Origin: an uncultured Candidatus Saccharibacteria bacterium | Lineage (GTDB): Bacteria > Patescibacteriota > Minisyncoccia > UBA6257 | DNA length: 64,000 nt | Assembly (NCBI GenBank): GCA_964618625.1 | Contig: CAZUBI010000001.1 | Location: 1,940-65,939, forward strand | Direction of reading: 5' to 3' | Part shown: positions 1 through 9,456 of the stretch, piece by piece | How the letters are laid out: every line of letters begins with the position of its first letter | How positions within the stretch are numbered: the first letter of the stretch is position 1 | Notes under the pieces: generated by a model | The model's database searches: none | What the model saw: the letters and a program-made list of their open reading frames with translations, nothing else | Told to the model about the DNA's origin: nothing | Made by a program: the position numbers and the translations under genes

Positions 1-96
1 AGAAGCCCGCCGACTTCAAGCTGGCCCCTTTATGGCGTAAGACAACAAGTATCTGTAGATTTTACCAACTTTGAGGAGCTAAATTTTAGCTTAGAT

Positions 97-633
97 ATGA
101 AGCTGAATAAGTTTGAGCCAAGCATTTACGAACAAAAATGCACAAAATACGGTGCAAAAATTGACAGATACGGCGAATTTTTGATTGTCTTTTTATTAAA
201 GTCTAAGGGTGAAGGCTATGGTCCAAATAATCTGTATTGGCTGTTAATAAATTCTTGTAGTAAGCATTGGTGGTCAGGAGCATATGAGCGTGGAGAATCT
301 GGGAATAAAGAATGTGTATCAAATAGCACAGAATATATAATGGGTGATGGCTTTGGAATTCCAATGTATCATTCGGCCATGGACAATATTACATCTTCCA
401 TTAACAACACGCACCCCATTCTAAAAGAGGGGGAGTGGGTAAGCTATAATGTTGATTTGAAAAAGTTTGCCGAAGATGGAATCAATTACTACAATATTAA
501 ATATGGTACAGATCTTGATTCTAACGATTATGAGCTGGCCCATATTGATCTCGCTTGGGAAATAATAGGAGCTTTTGATACGGAAATAGAATTGAGAAAC
601 CCCTCTCTTAAAGGAAAATTTGCAGCCGATTGA
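97..633 (+). CDS. hypothetical protein
   Basis: 178-aa ORF with no motif I recognise. It is preceded by a GC-richer stretch at the window edge. Confidence 0.35.
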   Translation: MKLNKFEPSIYEQKCTKYGAKIDRYGEFLIVFLLKSKGEGYGPNNLYWLLINSCSKHWWSGAYERGESGNKECVSNSTEYIMGDGFGIPMYHSAMDNITSSINNTHPILKEGEWVSYNVDLKKFAEDGINYYNIKYGTDLDSNDYELAHIDLAWEIIGAFDTEIELRNPSLKGKFAAD

Positions 634-682
634 ACCGTTTTTTTAGAAGAAAAATGATGATTATCTTTCGTAACCACGAAAA

Positions 683-714
683 AAATCGTTAAAGAGGCGG
701 TTTTTTGGTAGAAT
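683..714 (+). promoter_or_regulatory. degenerate copy of the terminator/extended -10 promoter module (Box C)
   Basis: AATCGTTAAAGAGGCGGTTTTTTGGTAGAAT sits 9 nt upstream of the ATG at 724. The hairpin is weaker than in other copies. Confidence 0.4.
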
Positions 715-723
715 GCAAACAAT

Positions 724-1410
724 ATGGAAATCCCACAAAAGTTATTAAAGATTTATAAGAAATTTGATAATTGTGAGAGATGTAAAAAGAAAAATAATCC
801 ACTCTTACATATTTTAGGTGGCGGTAAATTCCAAAATCCTCAATTTCTTTTCCTTTTTATTAATCCAACCCATCTTAATCTATCAAGTCATAGAAATTAT
901 AAAGGAAAGCGAAGATATCCTTTTATAGGAGTTCGTTATTTTTACCGTTTCTTATCAGAAGCAGGTTTTTTAGATAAAAGAATAATAAATGATATTTACA
1001 GAAAAGGATGGCAGATTGAGGATGAAAGTAGAATTGAGCAGAGTTTGATAAATAATAATGTCTATATCACTAATTTGGTTAAGTGTACTAAACATAATCC
1101 AGAGAGCCCCAATAAAGATATAATCAAACAAGATTTTTCATTACTTCAAAAAGAAATAAATGTAGTTTCGCCAAAATATATTATTGCTTTTGGAAAACTT
1201 CCTTTGGAAATAATAACGGGTAAAAACATTCGTTTAAAAGATTATTTAAAAAAATCCAGAAATAATTCTTATCAGCCCATTAAATCAGTTAATGTTTTAG
1301 GCAAGATGTACAAAGTTTTACTTTGTTACTTTCCAGTTGGGAGAGGCAATCGTCGAGGGGCTTTAGAGATTTTAAGTTATATTAAAAAGCGGTACGCCAA
1401 ACGGATTTAA
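724..1410 (+). CDS. uracil-DNA glycosylase superfamily protein (family 4/5-like)
   Basis: N-terminal GGGKFQNPQFLFLFINP box resembles the GEAPG motif of UDG family 4. A later VYITNLVKC motif resembles the N(V)VKCRPP motif of family 4 UDGs. Confidence 0.55.
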   Translation: MEIPQKLLKIYKKFDNCERCKKKNNPLLHILGGGKFQNPQFLFLFINPTHLNLSSHRNYKGKRRYPFIGVRYFYRFLSEAGFLDKRIINDIYRKGWQIEDESRIEQSLINNNVYITNLVKCTKHNPESPNKDIIKQDFSLLQKEINVVSPKYIIAFGKLPLEIITGKNIRLKDYLKKSRNNSYQPIKSVNVLGKMYKVLLCYFPVGRGNRRGALEILSYIKKRYAKRI

Positions 1411-1453
1411 AAATCGCCAAGAAGGCGATTTTTGTTAAGATATATGATAGAAT
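1411..1453 (+). terminator. Box C module: ATCGCC-N6-GGCGAT hairpin, T-run and TGATAGAAT extended -10
   Basis: AAATCGCCAAGAAGGCGATTTTTGTTAAGATATATGATAGAAT lies directly after the stop of the 724..1410 gene and about 38 nt upstream of the ATG at 1491. Confidence 0.5.
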
Positions 1454-1490
1454 ATATGAAAGGTCTAAACATTAAATTAATTTAAAAAAT

Positions 1491-2249
1491 ATGGCAAATA
1501 TCATTATTATAGCAATCGTTATTATTCTTGTATCTTCAATTAGGCAGATAAATCAATATGAAAGGGGAGTTAGGTTTATGTTAGGAAAATATGTTGGTTT
1601 AATGGATCCTGGTTGGAGAATAGTTTTGCCAATCATTCAGTCTTACAGGAAAGTAGATTTAAGAGTAAAAGCAGTTGATGTGCCAAATCAAGAGGCGATT
1701 ACAAAAGACAATATTTCGGTTAGCGTAAACGCGGTTATTTATTATAAAGTTAGAGAAGCTGATAAGGCGGTTTTAGAGGTAGAGAATTTTTATTATGCTA
1801 TTTCCCAATTAGCTCAAACAACAATGCGAAATGCTGTAGGCCAAGTTGATTTAGATGAACTTCTTTCCCAAAGGGATAGAGTTTCAGGTAGTATAAGAGA
1901 TATTATTGATAAGGCTTCTGATCCTTGGGGAATTCAAGTTAATAATGTTGAGTTAAAAGATATAACCTTACCAGAAGAAATGAAGAGAGTGATTGGAAAA
2001 CAGGCTGAAGCAGAAAGAGAAAAAAGAGCAATAATTATTAAAGCTGCAGGGGAGGTAATTGCCGCAAACAATATGGCTAAAGCTGCTAACATATTATCAT
2101 CAGCTAATGGGGCTCTTCACTTAAGAACCCTTCAATCAATTAATGATTTAAGTTCTGATCAGTCAAATACTATTATTTTTGCCGTGCCTTTGGAAGTTTT
2201 AAGATCTTTTGAAGGATTCGGTAAAAGTTTACTGAAAGGAGGAAAATAA
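1491..2249 (+). CDS. SPFH/band-7 (stomatin/HflC-like) membrane protein
   Basis: N-terminal TM segment followed by an SPFH core (ISVSVNAVIYYKV, coiled-coil AEAEREKRA). Confidence 0.75.
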   Translation: MANIIIIAIVIILVSSIRQINQYERGVRFMLGKYVGLMDPGWRIVLPIIQSYRKVDLRVKAVDVPNQEAITKDNISVSVNAVIYYKVREADKAVLEVENFYYAISQLAQTTMRNAVGQVDLDELLSQRDRVSGSIRDIIDKASDPWGIQVNNVELKDITLPEEMKRVIGKQAEAEREKRAIIIKAAGEVIAANNMAKAANILSSANGALHLRTLQSINDLSSDQSNTIIFAVPLEVLRSFEGFGKSLLKGGK

Positions 2250-2270
2250 GGACAATGAAAAAGAAGATTA

Positions 2271-2531
2271 ATGTGGATGATTAATTTTGCTGTCATAGTT
2301 GGAGTCATTGGAATGATATTTTTGCTAACTGCTTTTGCCTTAAATTTGTTCAAAAAGATTACGCAAGATTCGTTGATTTATAATCTTTTTAATATAATCG
2401 GAGCAGGACTTTTAGCTTATTATGCCTATGCTTTAAACAGTGTCCCTTTTTTAATTCTTGAAGCTATTTGGATATCATTTGCAGCTTATAAATTAATATT
2501 TTTTAATAAAAGAAAAATTATAAAAATGTGA
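2271..2531 (+). CDS. small membrane protein, hypothetical
   Basis: 86 aa with two hydrophobic helices. Confidence 0.35.
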   Translation: MWMINFAVIVGVIGMIFLLTAFALNLFKKITQDSLIYNLFNIIGAGLLAYYAYALNSVPFLILEAIWISFAAYKLIFFNKRKIIKM

Positions 2532-3280
2532 AAATTGTTTCTTGGAATGTTAACGGAATTAGGGCGGTTTATAAAAAGGATTTTTTAAAATGGTTGAGGG
2601 CAACTAATGCTGATATTGTTTGCTTACAGGAAATAAAAGCCCAAAAAGAGCAAATTCCAACTGATTTACTTAAACAAAAAGATTATTATTTTTATTTTAA
2701 TCAAGCTGTTAAGAAGGGCTATGCTGGAGTAGCTGTTTATACAAAACAGAAGCCATTAAAAGTGGAATGTAAATTAGGCCTGAAAAGATTTGATCAAGAA
2801 GGTAGAATTTTAAAACTTGAATATTCTGATTTTACTCTAATTAATCTCTATTTTCCCCATGGCGGAAGGCAAAAAGAAAATCTTAATTACAAATTAGAAG
2901 TTTATAAATACTTCCTTAATTATTTAAAAAGAATTAAAGATAAAAACATTATTCTTATTGGAGATTTTAATATTGCTCATCAGGAAATTGACTTATCCAG
3001 ACCAAAGCAAAACCAAAATAATATAATGTTTACTTCAGAAGAGAGAAAACAGATAGATAAGATTATTAACTCAGGTTTTATAGATGGTTTTAGAAAATTT
3101 AACAAAGAAGGAAAAAATTATACTTGGTGGCCATATTTTGTTAATGCAAGAGAAAGAAATTTAGGATGGAGAATAGACTATATCTTTGTTTCAAAAAAAT
3201 TAGTCCCAAAACTCAAGAATGCCTTTATACTTAACAAAGTAATGGGCTCTGATCACTGTCCAATAGGAATAGAGATTTAG
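2528..3280 (+). CDS. xth: exodeoxyribonuclease III (AP endonuclease)
   Basis: MKIVSWNVNG at the N-terminus, LQEIK, and SDHCPIGIEI at the C-terminus are typical of Xth/ExoIII. Confidence 0.85.
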   Translation: MKIVSWNVNGIRAVYKKDFLKWLRATNADIVCLQEIKAQKEQIPTDLLKQKDYYFYFNQAVKKGYAGVAVYTKQKPLKVECKLGLKRFDQEGRILKLEYSDFTLINLYFPHGGRQKENLNYKLEVYKYFLNYLKRIKDKNIILIGDFNIAHQEIDLSRPKQNQNNIMFTSEERKQIDKIINSGFIDGFRKFNKEGKNYTWWPYFVNARERNLGWRIDYIFVSKKLVPKLKNAFILNKVMGSDHCPIGIEI

Positions 3281-3331
3281 CTTTTTATATTGTAGAATAT
3301 ATAAAAGGATAAAATATTAATATATCATAAG

Positions 3332-3826
3332 ATGGCTAAAGCCTACAAACATGCTACTTTAATTTGTCTTGCCCTTAGTGCTTCTGCTCTATTAGGGATT
3401 ATAATTGGGATTATTAAGACGAATCCTCTTATAACAATTCTATTCTTATTACCCGCAGTGATTTATGAGGTTTATCGAACAGAGGGGAAGTCAACCAAAT
3501 GGGCTTCTTGGGGGCTCTTGATTGTTTTTATTGCTGAGGTAATTTTTGTTGCTTTTAACATCAGTTTTGATTTAGCAGCATTTTTAGGGACCACACAAGA
3601 GAGTGTGGCTGGGTATACTATTCCACTTGGCGATATTAAAGTTGTTGGGCCGGGTATTATGGCTGTTTTAGCGCTAATATTGTTTGTTCGCACTAGGGGT
3701 CGCTACACTAAATGGTTAGCAATAATTATCTTTATTACCGCTCTTGCTGTTGTATACGCCTTAGATCCGAGTATTTTTTCTCAATTACTCCGTTTTGGAG
3801 TCAGAGAGGGGCTTGATATGTTATAA
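3332..3826 (+). CDS. integral membrane protein, hypothetical
   Basis: 164 aa, multiple TM helices. Confidence 0.4.
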   Translation: MAKAYKHATLICLALSASALLGIIIGIIKTNPLITILFLLPAVIYEVYRTEGKSTKWASWGLLIVFIAEVIFVAFNISFDLAAFLGTTQESVAGYTIPLGDIKVVGPGIMAVLALILFVRTRGRYTKWLAIIIFITALAVVYALDPSIFSQLLRFGVREGLDML

Positions 3827-3911
3827 TAAAAATAGATCAAAAGCTCTTATTTATTTTAATAGGTCGGGGAAGAGCTTAGTAATTAAATTTTAAATCATTT
3901 AAATATTATTT

Positions 3912-4151
3912 ATGGCCGAAAGAAAAGTTTATCATATAGTTCCTAATCCTGGACAAGAAAAGGATTGGAAAATCAAAGAAGAGAATATAGACGAACCAGT
4001 GGGCTTATTTAGCAATAAAGAAGAAGCAATTGAGAAAGCAAAGGAAATAGCGAAAGCAAATGAACCCAGTCAGATAATAATTCACCGGGAAGATGGCCAG
4101 ATTCAGACAGAATATACCTATGGGGATGACCCAAGAGAGCATAAGGGTTAA
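3912..4151 (+). CDS. DUF2188-like small protein
   Basis: 79 aa with the YHIVP...W..K......F..KEEAIE.A...A......IIIHREDGQI pattern. Confidence 0.45.
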   Translation: MAERKVYHIVPNPGQEKDWKIKEENIDEPVGLFSNKEEAIEKAKEIAKANEPSQIIIHREDGQIQTEYTYGDDPREHKG

Positions 4152-4334
4152 TGTGAAATAAAGAGTAGGATGTTTTATGAGGGAGGTGCTATTATTCCTG
4201 AAAATTAGTAATATTTTCGAATAACAGCACCTCTTCTTTATTAAAAAGATAAGAATATATATTTATTTCTTATAATATAGAGAGTTCTGTCAAAGAGGGA
4301 ATAACTAATTATTTGAAGAAGGATATAAAATATA

Positions 4335-4781
4335 ATGACAAAATCTATAATATTAACATTTTGGGCTTTAATTGGTTTTTTTCTTTTGATAGCAAGTCAA
4401 TTTTTTATTCCAATAGTTAGAGAATTATTCAAAGGTTCTCTCATTTTTTTGTTACCGTTTATTATTTTTTGTTTATTGGGTATTGTTTTGATATTTCTAA
4501 CCCTAAAACAAAAAGTAGGAGGAGCGCTTAAAAGATTTTTGATAATAACAGGAAGTTCGGCAACAGGGTTTTTTGTTTCTGTTTTTTTGCATAATATTTT
4601 TTATGGTTTAAGTATCATTACTAGCCAAATTAGTATTCTAAATTTTCTTATGGAGATTCTTGATATAGCGTTTTTCATTATTGCAATTTTTGTTTGTCCT
4701 TTAGGATTTGTGATTGGTCTTATAGGGACTATTGTAGTGTTTATTAAAAAGAAAAAAGAAGGTTCTGTTCTTTATAGCTAA
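4335..4781 (+). CDS. integral membrane protein, hypothetical
   Basis: 148 aa, 4 TM helices, followed by a hairpin and T-run at about 4791-4826. Confidence 0.4.
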   Translation: MTKSIILTFWALIGFFLLIASQFFIPIVRELFKGSLIFLLPFIIFCLLGIVLIFLTLKQKVGGALKRFLIITGSSATGFFVSVFLHNIFYGLSIITSQISILNFLMEILDIAFFIIAIFVCPLGFVIGLIGTIVVFIKKKKEGSVLYS

Positions 4782-4897
4782 GAAATTTTAAAAGGCGCTG
4801 AATTAGTTTTCAGCCCTTTTTTATTGGCATTAGTTTGACATATCAGGATATTGGATGTATACTTGAGCAGGTCGTAAATTAAGTTAAAGAGCAAAAG

Positions 4898-5158
4898 ATG
4901 AGTAACAAACTTTATGTAGGCAGTCTCTCCTATGATACTACTCAAGAGGGTTTAGAAAAATTATTTTCTGAAGCTGGAAAAGTAGAATCAGCAGCTATTA
5001 TCACAGATAAATTTTCTGGAAGATCAAAGGGATTTGGTTTTGTAGAAATGGCATCAGATGAAGAAGCTAAAAAAGCCGTCGAGATGTTCAATGGTAAAGA
5101 ATTAGACGGAAGAACAATCATAGTTGATGAAGCAAAGCCAATGAAGAAAAGTTTTTAA
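4898..5158 (+). CDS. RRM-type RNA-binding protein
   Basis: RNP2 LYVGSL and RNP1 KGFGFVEM motifs. Confidence 0.8.
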   Translation: MSNKLYVGSLSYDTTQEGLEKLFSEAGKVESAAIITDKFSGRSKGFGFVEMASDEEAKKAVEMFNGKELDGRTIIVDEAKPMKKSF

Positions 5159-5183
5159 TTAAGTTTTCTTCTGAATACAAAAG

Positions 5184-5206
5184 GAGCCCGAAAGGGCTCT
5201 TTTTTG
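5184..5206 (+). terminator. intrinsic terminator
   Basis: GAGCCCGAAAGGGCTC followed by TTTTTTG, right after the RRM gene stop. Confidence 0.55.
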
Positions 5207-5307
5207 TTAGGGGTTGACTTTTGATGGTTATGGGTATATACTCATAATAGATAGTTAGCATAAAGGTCGAACTATTTTGTAATTATAAATTCGTAAATTA
5301 AAAAAAT

Positions 5308-5586
5308 ATGCCAAGACCAAGACTTTGTCGAAGAATTAGATTTAATACAAATATAACTTATTTTAAACCTCAAGGCGTGCCAATGAGATTTTTAGAAATC
5401 GTAGAATTAACTGCTGAAGAAGTAGAGGCATTAAGATTAAAAAACGTAAAAGATTTTAATCAGGAAGAAGCAGCTAAAAAGATGAATACATCTCAGAGTA
5501 CTTTTCAAAGAATATTATTATCAGCCTATAAGAAAATATCAGATGCTTTGATAAATGGTAAAGCTATAAAAATAATTTGTGGATAA
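5308..5586 (+). CDS. DUF134/UPF0251 predicted DNA-binding protein
   Basis: MPRPRLCRRI...FKPQG...LE.V.L..EE.EALRL.........AAKKM..SQST.QR.L..A.KKI.DAL pattern. Confidence 0.6.
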   Translation: MPRPRLCRRIRFNTNITYFKPQGVPMRFLEIVELTAEEVEALRLKNVKDFNQEEAAKKMNTSQSTFQRILLSAYKKISDALINGKAIKIICG

Positions 5587-5795
5587 TATGGGGATAGTTT
5601 TTAGATTTTAAGTAAAATCTTATAACTTTTACTTTATTTAAGCCAAAAGATCTTCTATTAAAAATAGAGGATTTTTTATTTTTTCTCCTTGACTCTATGG
5701 GTCAATGGGGAGTAAAATGGAAGAAAGTGGATAGATGTGGATAAGTGTGGGGATAAATATGTTTTTTGTGGAAAACTTTTGAATTTATTTATTTT

Positions 5796-5843
5796 GAGCG
5801 AAGTGAAAAACAAAGTTCTTAAGCAAAGCGAAAGGTTTTTATT
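5796..5843 (+). repeat. 51-nt repeat family 3, intergenic copy
   Basis: GAGCGAAGTGAAAAACAAAGTTCTTAAGCAAAGCGAAAGGTTTTTATT directly upstream of mraZ. Related to copies at 14989, 55194 and inside hrcA. Confidence 0.5.
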
Positions 5844-6275
5844 ATGTTTATTGGAGAATATTATTACACAATAGATCCAAAAGGAAGAATAGCTATTCCC
5901 TCTAAGCTGAGAAAGGTTCTTTCTAAAGGGGGAGTTATTACAAAAGGATTAGATAATTGTCTTTTTATTTTTTCTTTAAAAGATTGGCAACAAATGGCAG
6001 AAAAGATTAAAGGATTGCCTTTGAGCCAATCTAATTCCCGGGCTTTTTCCAGGCTAATGCTTGCTGGTGCAATGGGTATTAAGTTAGATAGCCAAGGGAG
6101 AATTCTTGTTCCAGATTATTTAAGAAAATATGTAGGTTTAAAAAAGAAAATTGTTTTGGCAGGTGTTTATAATCGTTTAGAAGTTTGGGATGAAAAAGAA
6201 TGGGAAAAATACAAAAAAAGAACAGAAAAAGAATCAGGTGATATAGCGGAAAAATTAGGAGATTTAGGGATATAA
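5844..6275 (+). CDS. mraZ: transcriptional regulator MraZ
   Basis: MFIGEYYYTIDPKGRIAIP plus a second SpoVT/AbrB-like repeat (DSQGRILVP). Position at the head of the division/cell-wall cluster. Confidence 0.85.
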   Translation: MFIGEYYYTIDPKGRIAIPSKLRKVLSKGGVITKGLDNCLFIFSLKDWQQMAEKIKGLPLSQSNSRAFSRLMLAGAMGIKLDSQGRILVPDYLRKYVGLKKKIVLAGVYNRLEVWDEKEWEKYKKRTEKESGDIAEKLGDLGI

Positions 6276-6279
6276 AATC

Positions 6280-7164
6280 ATGGCGCATGTTTCAGTACTT
6301 TTAAAAGAAGTAATTGATTATCTAGACCCACAAGCAAACGAAAATTTTATTGATGCGACAGTAGGCGAAGGAGGACATACTGCTGTGATCCTTAAGAAAA
6401 ATAAACCGAAAGGAAAAGTATTGGGGATTGAAATGGATCCTGATCTTTATCAAAAGCTTAAATTATGTATGACGGAATTTCCAAACAGATTGATTTTAAT
6501 AAATGATTCTTATGTTAATTTGGAAAAGATTGTTAGGAAGAATGATTTTAAGCCAGTTCACGGAATCTTATTTGATTTAGGGATGTGTTCATGGCATTTA
6601 GAAGCATCGGGGAGAGGTTTTTCTTATTTAAAAGATGAACCATTGGATATGCGTTTTAATCCCAAAAATGATTTAACAGCTGCAGAGATTATAAATTTTT
6701 GGGATATAGAAGAAATAGAAAAGATTTTAAAAGAATTTGGAGAAGAAAAATACGCACATCGTATCTCTTTGGCGATTAAAGAAGCGAGGAAAAAAGAAAA
6801 AATTGTTGGAACTCAGCAGTTGGTAGATATTTTAAAAAGAGTTCTTCCAAAAAATTATGATAAGAAAAGAATACATTTTGCCACACGTACATTCCAAGCT
6901 TTACGTATTGTTGTAAATAATGAATTGCAAATAATAGAAAATGGAATTAAGCAAGCTATTAAAATATTAAAACCAGGAGGAAAAATTGCAGTGATTTCAT
7001 TTCATTCTTTAGAAGATAGAATTATAAAAAATATCTTTAGAGAAAAAGCTAAAATTGGAAAATTGAGTATACTCACTAAAAAACCAATAAATCCTTGCCC
7101 AGAAGAAATTAGAAATAATCCACGTTCTCGTTCTGCTAAATTGCGCGTTGCTGAAAGATTATGA
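6280..7164 (+). CDS. rsmH: 16S rRNA (cytosine1402-N4)-methyltransferase
   Basis: Downstream of mraZ. DATVGEGGHT and FDLGMCS motifs. Confidence 0.9.
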   Translation: MAHVSVLLKEVIDYLDPQANENFIDATVGEGGHTAVILKKNKPKGKVLGIEMDPDLYQKLKLCMTEFPNRLILINDSYVNLEKIVRKNDFKPVHGILFDLGMCSWHLEASGRGFSYLKDEPLDMRFNPKNDLTAAEIINFWDIEEIEKILKEFGEEKYAHRISLAIKEARKKEKIVGTQQLVDILKRVLPKNYDKKRIHFATRTFQALRIVVNNELQIIENGIKQAIKILKPGGKIAVISFHSLEDRIIKNIFREKAKIGKLSILTKKPINPCPEEIRNNPRSRSAKLRVAERL

Positions 7165-7632
7165 ATGATTGTAAATTATAAATTACAAAACTACTTAATT
7201 ACTATTAATTGTTTAATCTTATTCATGACAACTATCTATAATTGCAACAAAAATAATAGAAAACATGCAATTGTTTTGCACTCTGCTAGAAAGTATAGCT
7301 CTCGTAAAAAAAGAAAATTGCAATGTTTCATAAATGAAGCAGGGGAGTATATAGGACATATTAAATTAGTTATTCTTCTTTTAATTCCATTTTTAATGAT
7401 TGGAAGTTGTTGGTTGGTGCTTTTTGGGAAAAATATCTCTCTTAATTACATGATTCATAATTTAAAAAATGAGATCAGCCAGAATCAAGAAGAACTTGAT
7501 TATTTAACAGAAAAATCTGCATTTATTACTTCTTCTCAGGAAATAGAAGAATGGGCTAGAGACAACGGTTTTATAAAAGTAGGGCATATTTCTTACTTAA
7601 ATCTGATGAATGATAATTTAGCCCAAAAATAA
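7165..7632 (+). CDS. ftsL: cell division protein FtsL-like; start uncertain
   Basis: Sits between rsmH and ftsI. Single TM helix followed by a coiled-coil (LKNEISQNQEELDYL). Confidence 0.45.
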   Translation: MIVNYKLQNYLITINCLILFMTTIYNCNKNNRKHAIVLHSARKYSSRKKRKLQCFINEAGEYIGHIKLVILLLIPFLMIGSCWLVLFGKNISLNYMIHNLKNEISQNQEELDYLTEKSAFITSSQEIEEWARDNGFIKVGHISYLNLMNDNLAQK

Positions 7633-7639
7633 GTTTTCT

Positions 7640-9421
7640 ATGAGAAGAAAAAATAAGAACTTTTTTAAAAGAACTCGTAGAAATAGTCAATCTTTTCAAG
7701 GAAAAATTTCCGTTATTCATTTTTTATTTATTATTCTTTTTCTATTTTTAGGTTATCGGCTTTATAACATTCAAATAAAAGAGAATTTAAAGTTTGTAAA
7801 TCAGGCAGAAGCTCTTCATGAGACAACTACAATTTTACCCCCTAATAGGGGTTCAATTTATTTTCAGGATAAAAATAAGGAATATATTCCTGTTGCCATT
7901 AATAAAAAATATGATTCTCTTTACGCTGTTCCAAAAGAAATAGAAAACCCAGAAGAAGCAAGTGAGGTTTTATCAGAAATAATTCCTTTGTCTTATGAGC
8001 AGATCTTTTCACGTTTAAATAAAGCAGATGATCCATATGAGCCACTTCTTAAAAAGATTGAAGACGATGATTTGATTAATAATATTCAGAAAGCGCAGAT
8101 AAAAGGTATTTATCTTGAAGAAAAGAGTTATCGCTATTATCCATTAGGTTCTTCTGCTGCCCAAGTAATTGGATTTGTAGGAGAGGCAGACGACGGGTTA
8201 ATTAAAGGGCGTTATGGATTAGAATCTTATTATGATACTATTCTTTCTGGCAAGAAAGGCATTTTTATGGGCATTAAGGATGCCTTGGGGCGTTTAGTTC
8301 GTTCCAACTTTTCTGAGGAAGAAAAAACTATTGAAGGACTTTCAATTGAGACTACTATAGATAAAAATATTCAATTTGCTACTGACAGAATTTTGGAGGA
8401 TTTGATAAAATACAGGGAAGCAAGTAAAGGCACAATTATTGTGATGGAAGTAAAAACAGGAAGAATTTTAGCGTTAGCCAATATACCAACATTTAATCTT
8501 AATGATTTTTCTGATATTGAGGATTATTCAATGTTTAGAAATTTTGCTACAGAAGAAAGATATGAACCTGGCTCAGTGATAAAACCTTTTACTATGGCAG
8601 TTGGTCTTGATATTGATAAAGTTACTCCAGATACTACTTATATTGATAAAGGGTATTATGAAGTGGGTGGTTTTCATTTGACTAATTATCGAAATGAAGT
8701 TCATGGAAAGTCTACAATGCGCGATGTTTTAGAGCGTTCTATAAATACCGGAGCAATTTTTGTATCTGAGAAAGTAGGAAGTGAGAATTTGAGAAGATAT
8801 TTTAAAAAATTTGGTTTTGCAGATACAACGGGAATAGATTTGCCCTTAGAGATCAGTGGTGATTTATCTAATTTAGAATATCCAAAATCCAATCCCACGT
8901 ATTCTGCAACTGCTTCTTATGGAGTTGGAATATCTCTTACGCCTATGGAATTAATTAAAGCTTATACAGCAATAGCAAATAAAGGACATTTAGTTACTCC
9001 ATATTTAGTGGAAAGTACAAGGGATCAAGCCGGTAATCGCACTACTCTAATGTTAACTGAATCTTTATCAGATTTTCCTCAAGTAATAAAACAGGAAACC
9101 GCAGAAACCTTAACATCAATGTTAATCGGAGTAATCGAAAATGGTTTTGGGGGAAATGCTAAAGTTAAAGGTTATAGCCTTGCTGGCAAGACAGGAACTT
9201 CTTATGTGGCTTTAGAAGATAAAAGAGGGTATTCTGACGATGTTATTCACACCTTTGTAGGGTTCTTTCCAGCTTCAAATCCCAAATATATTATTTTAGT
9301 AAAAATGGATAAGCCGCAATGGGGCAAAGAAGCTGCTAGTTATACAGTAACTTTAGCTTTTAGAGAAGTTGAACAATTTTTAATAAATTATTATAATATT
9401 CCTCCAGATGAGGAACATTAA
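7640..9421 (+). CDS. ftsI: penicillin-binding protein / peptidoglycan D,D-transpeptidase
   Basis: N-terminal TM, then SVIKPF (SxxK), SIN (SxN) and KTGT motifs. Confidence 0.85.
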   Translation: MRRKNKNFFKRTRRNSQSFQGKISVIHFLFIILFLFLGYRLYNIQIKENLKFVNQAEALHETTTILPPNRGSIYFQDKNKEYIPVAINKKYDSLYAVPKEIENPEEASEVLSEIIPLSYEQIFSRLNKADDPYEPLLKKIEDDDLINNIQKAQIKGIYLEEKSYRYYPLGSSAAQVIGFVGEADDGLIKGRYGLESYYDTILSGKKGIFMGIKDALGRLVRSNFSEEEKTIEGLSIETTIDKNIQFATDRILEDLIKYREASKGTIIVMEVKTGRILALANIPTFNLNDFSDIEDYSMFRNFATEERYEPGSVIKPFTMAVGLDIDKVTPDTTYIDKGYYEVGGFHLTNYRNEVHGKSTMRDVLERSINTGAIFVSEKVGSENLRRYFKKFGFADTTGIDLPLEISGDLSNLEYPKSNPTYSATASYGVGISLTPMELIKAYTAIANKGHLVTPYLVESTRDQAGNRTTLMLTESLSDFPQVIKQETAETLTSMLIGVIENGFGGNAKVKGYSLAGKTGTSYVALEDKRGYSDDVIHTFVGFFPASNPKYIILVKMDKPQWGKEAASYTVTLAFREVEQFLINYYNIPPDEEH

Positions 9422-9456
9422 AATAATATAATATTCTACCAGACGAGTTATAGATT

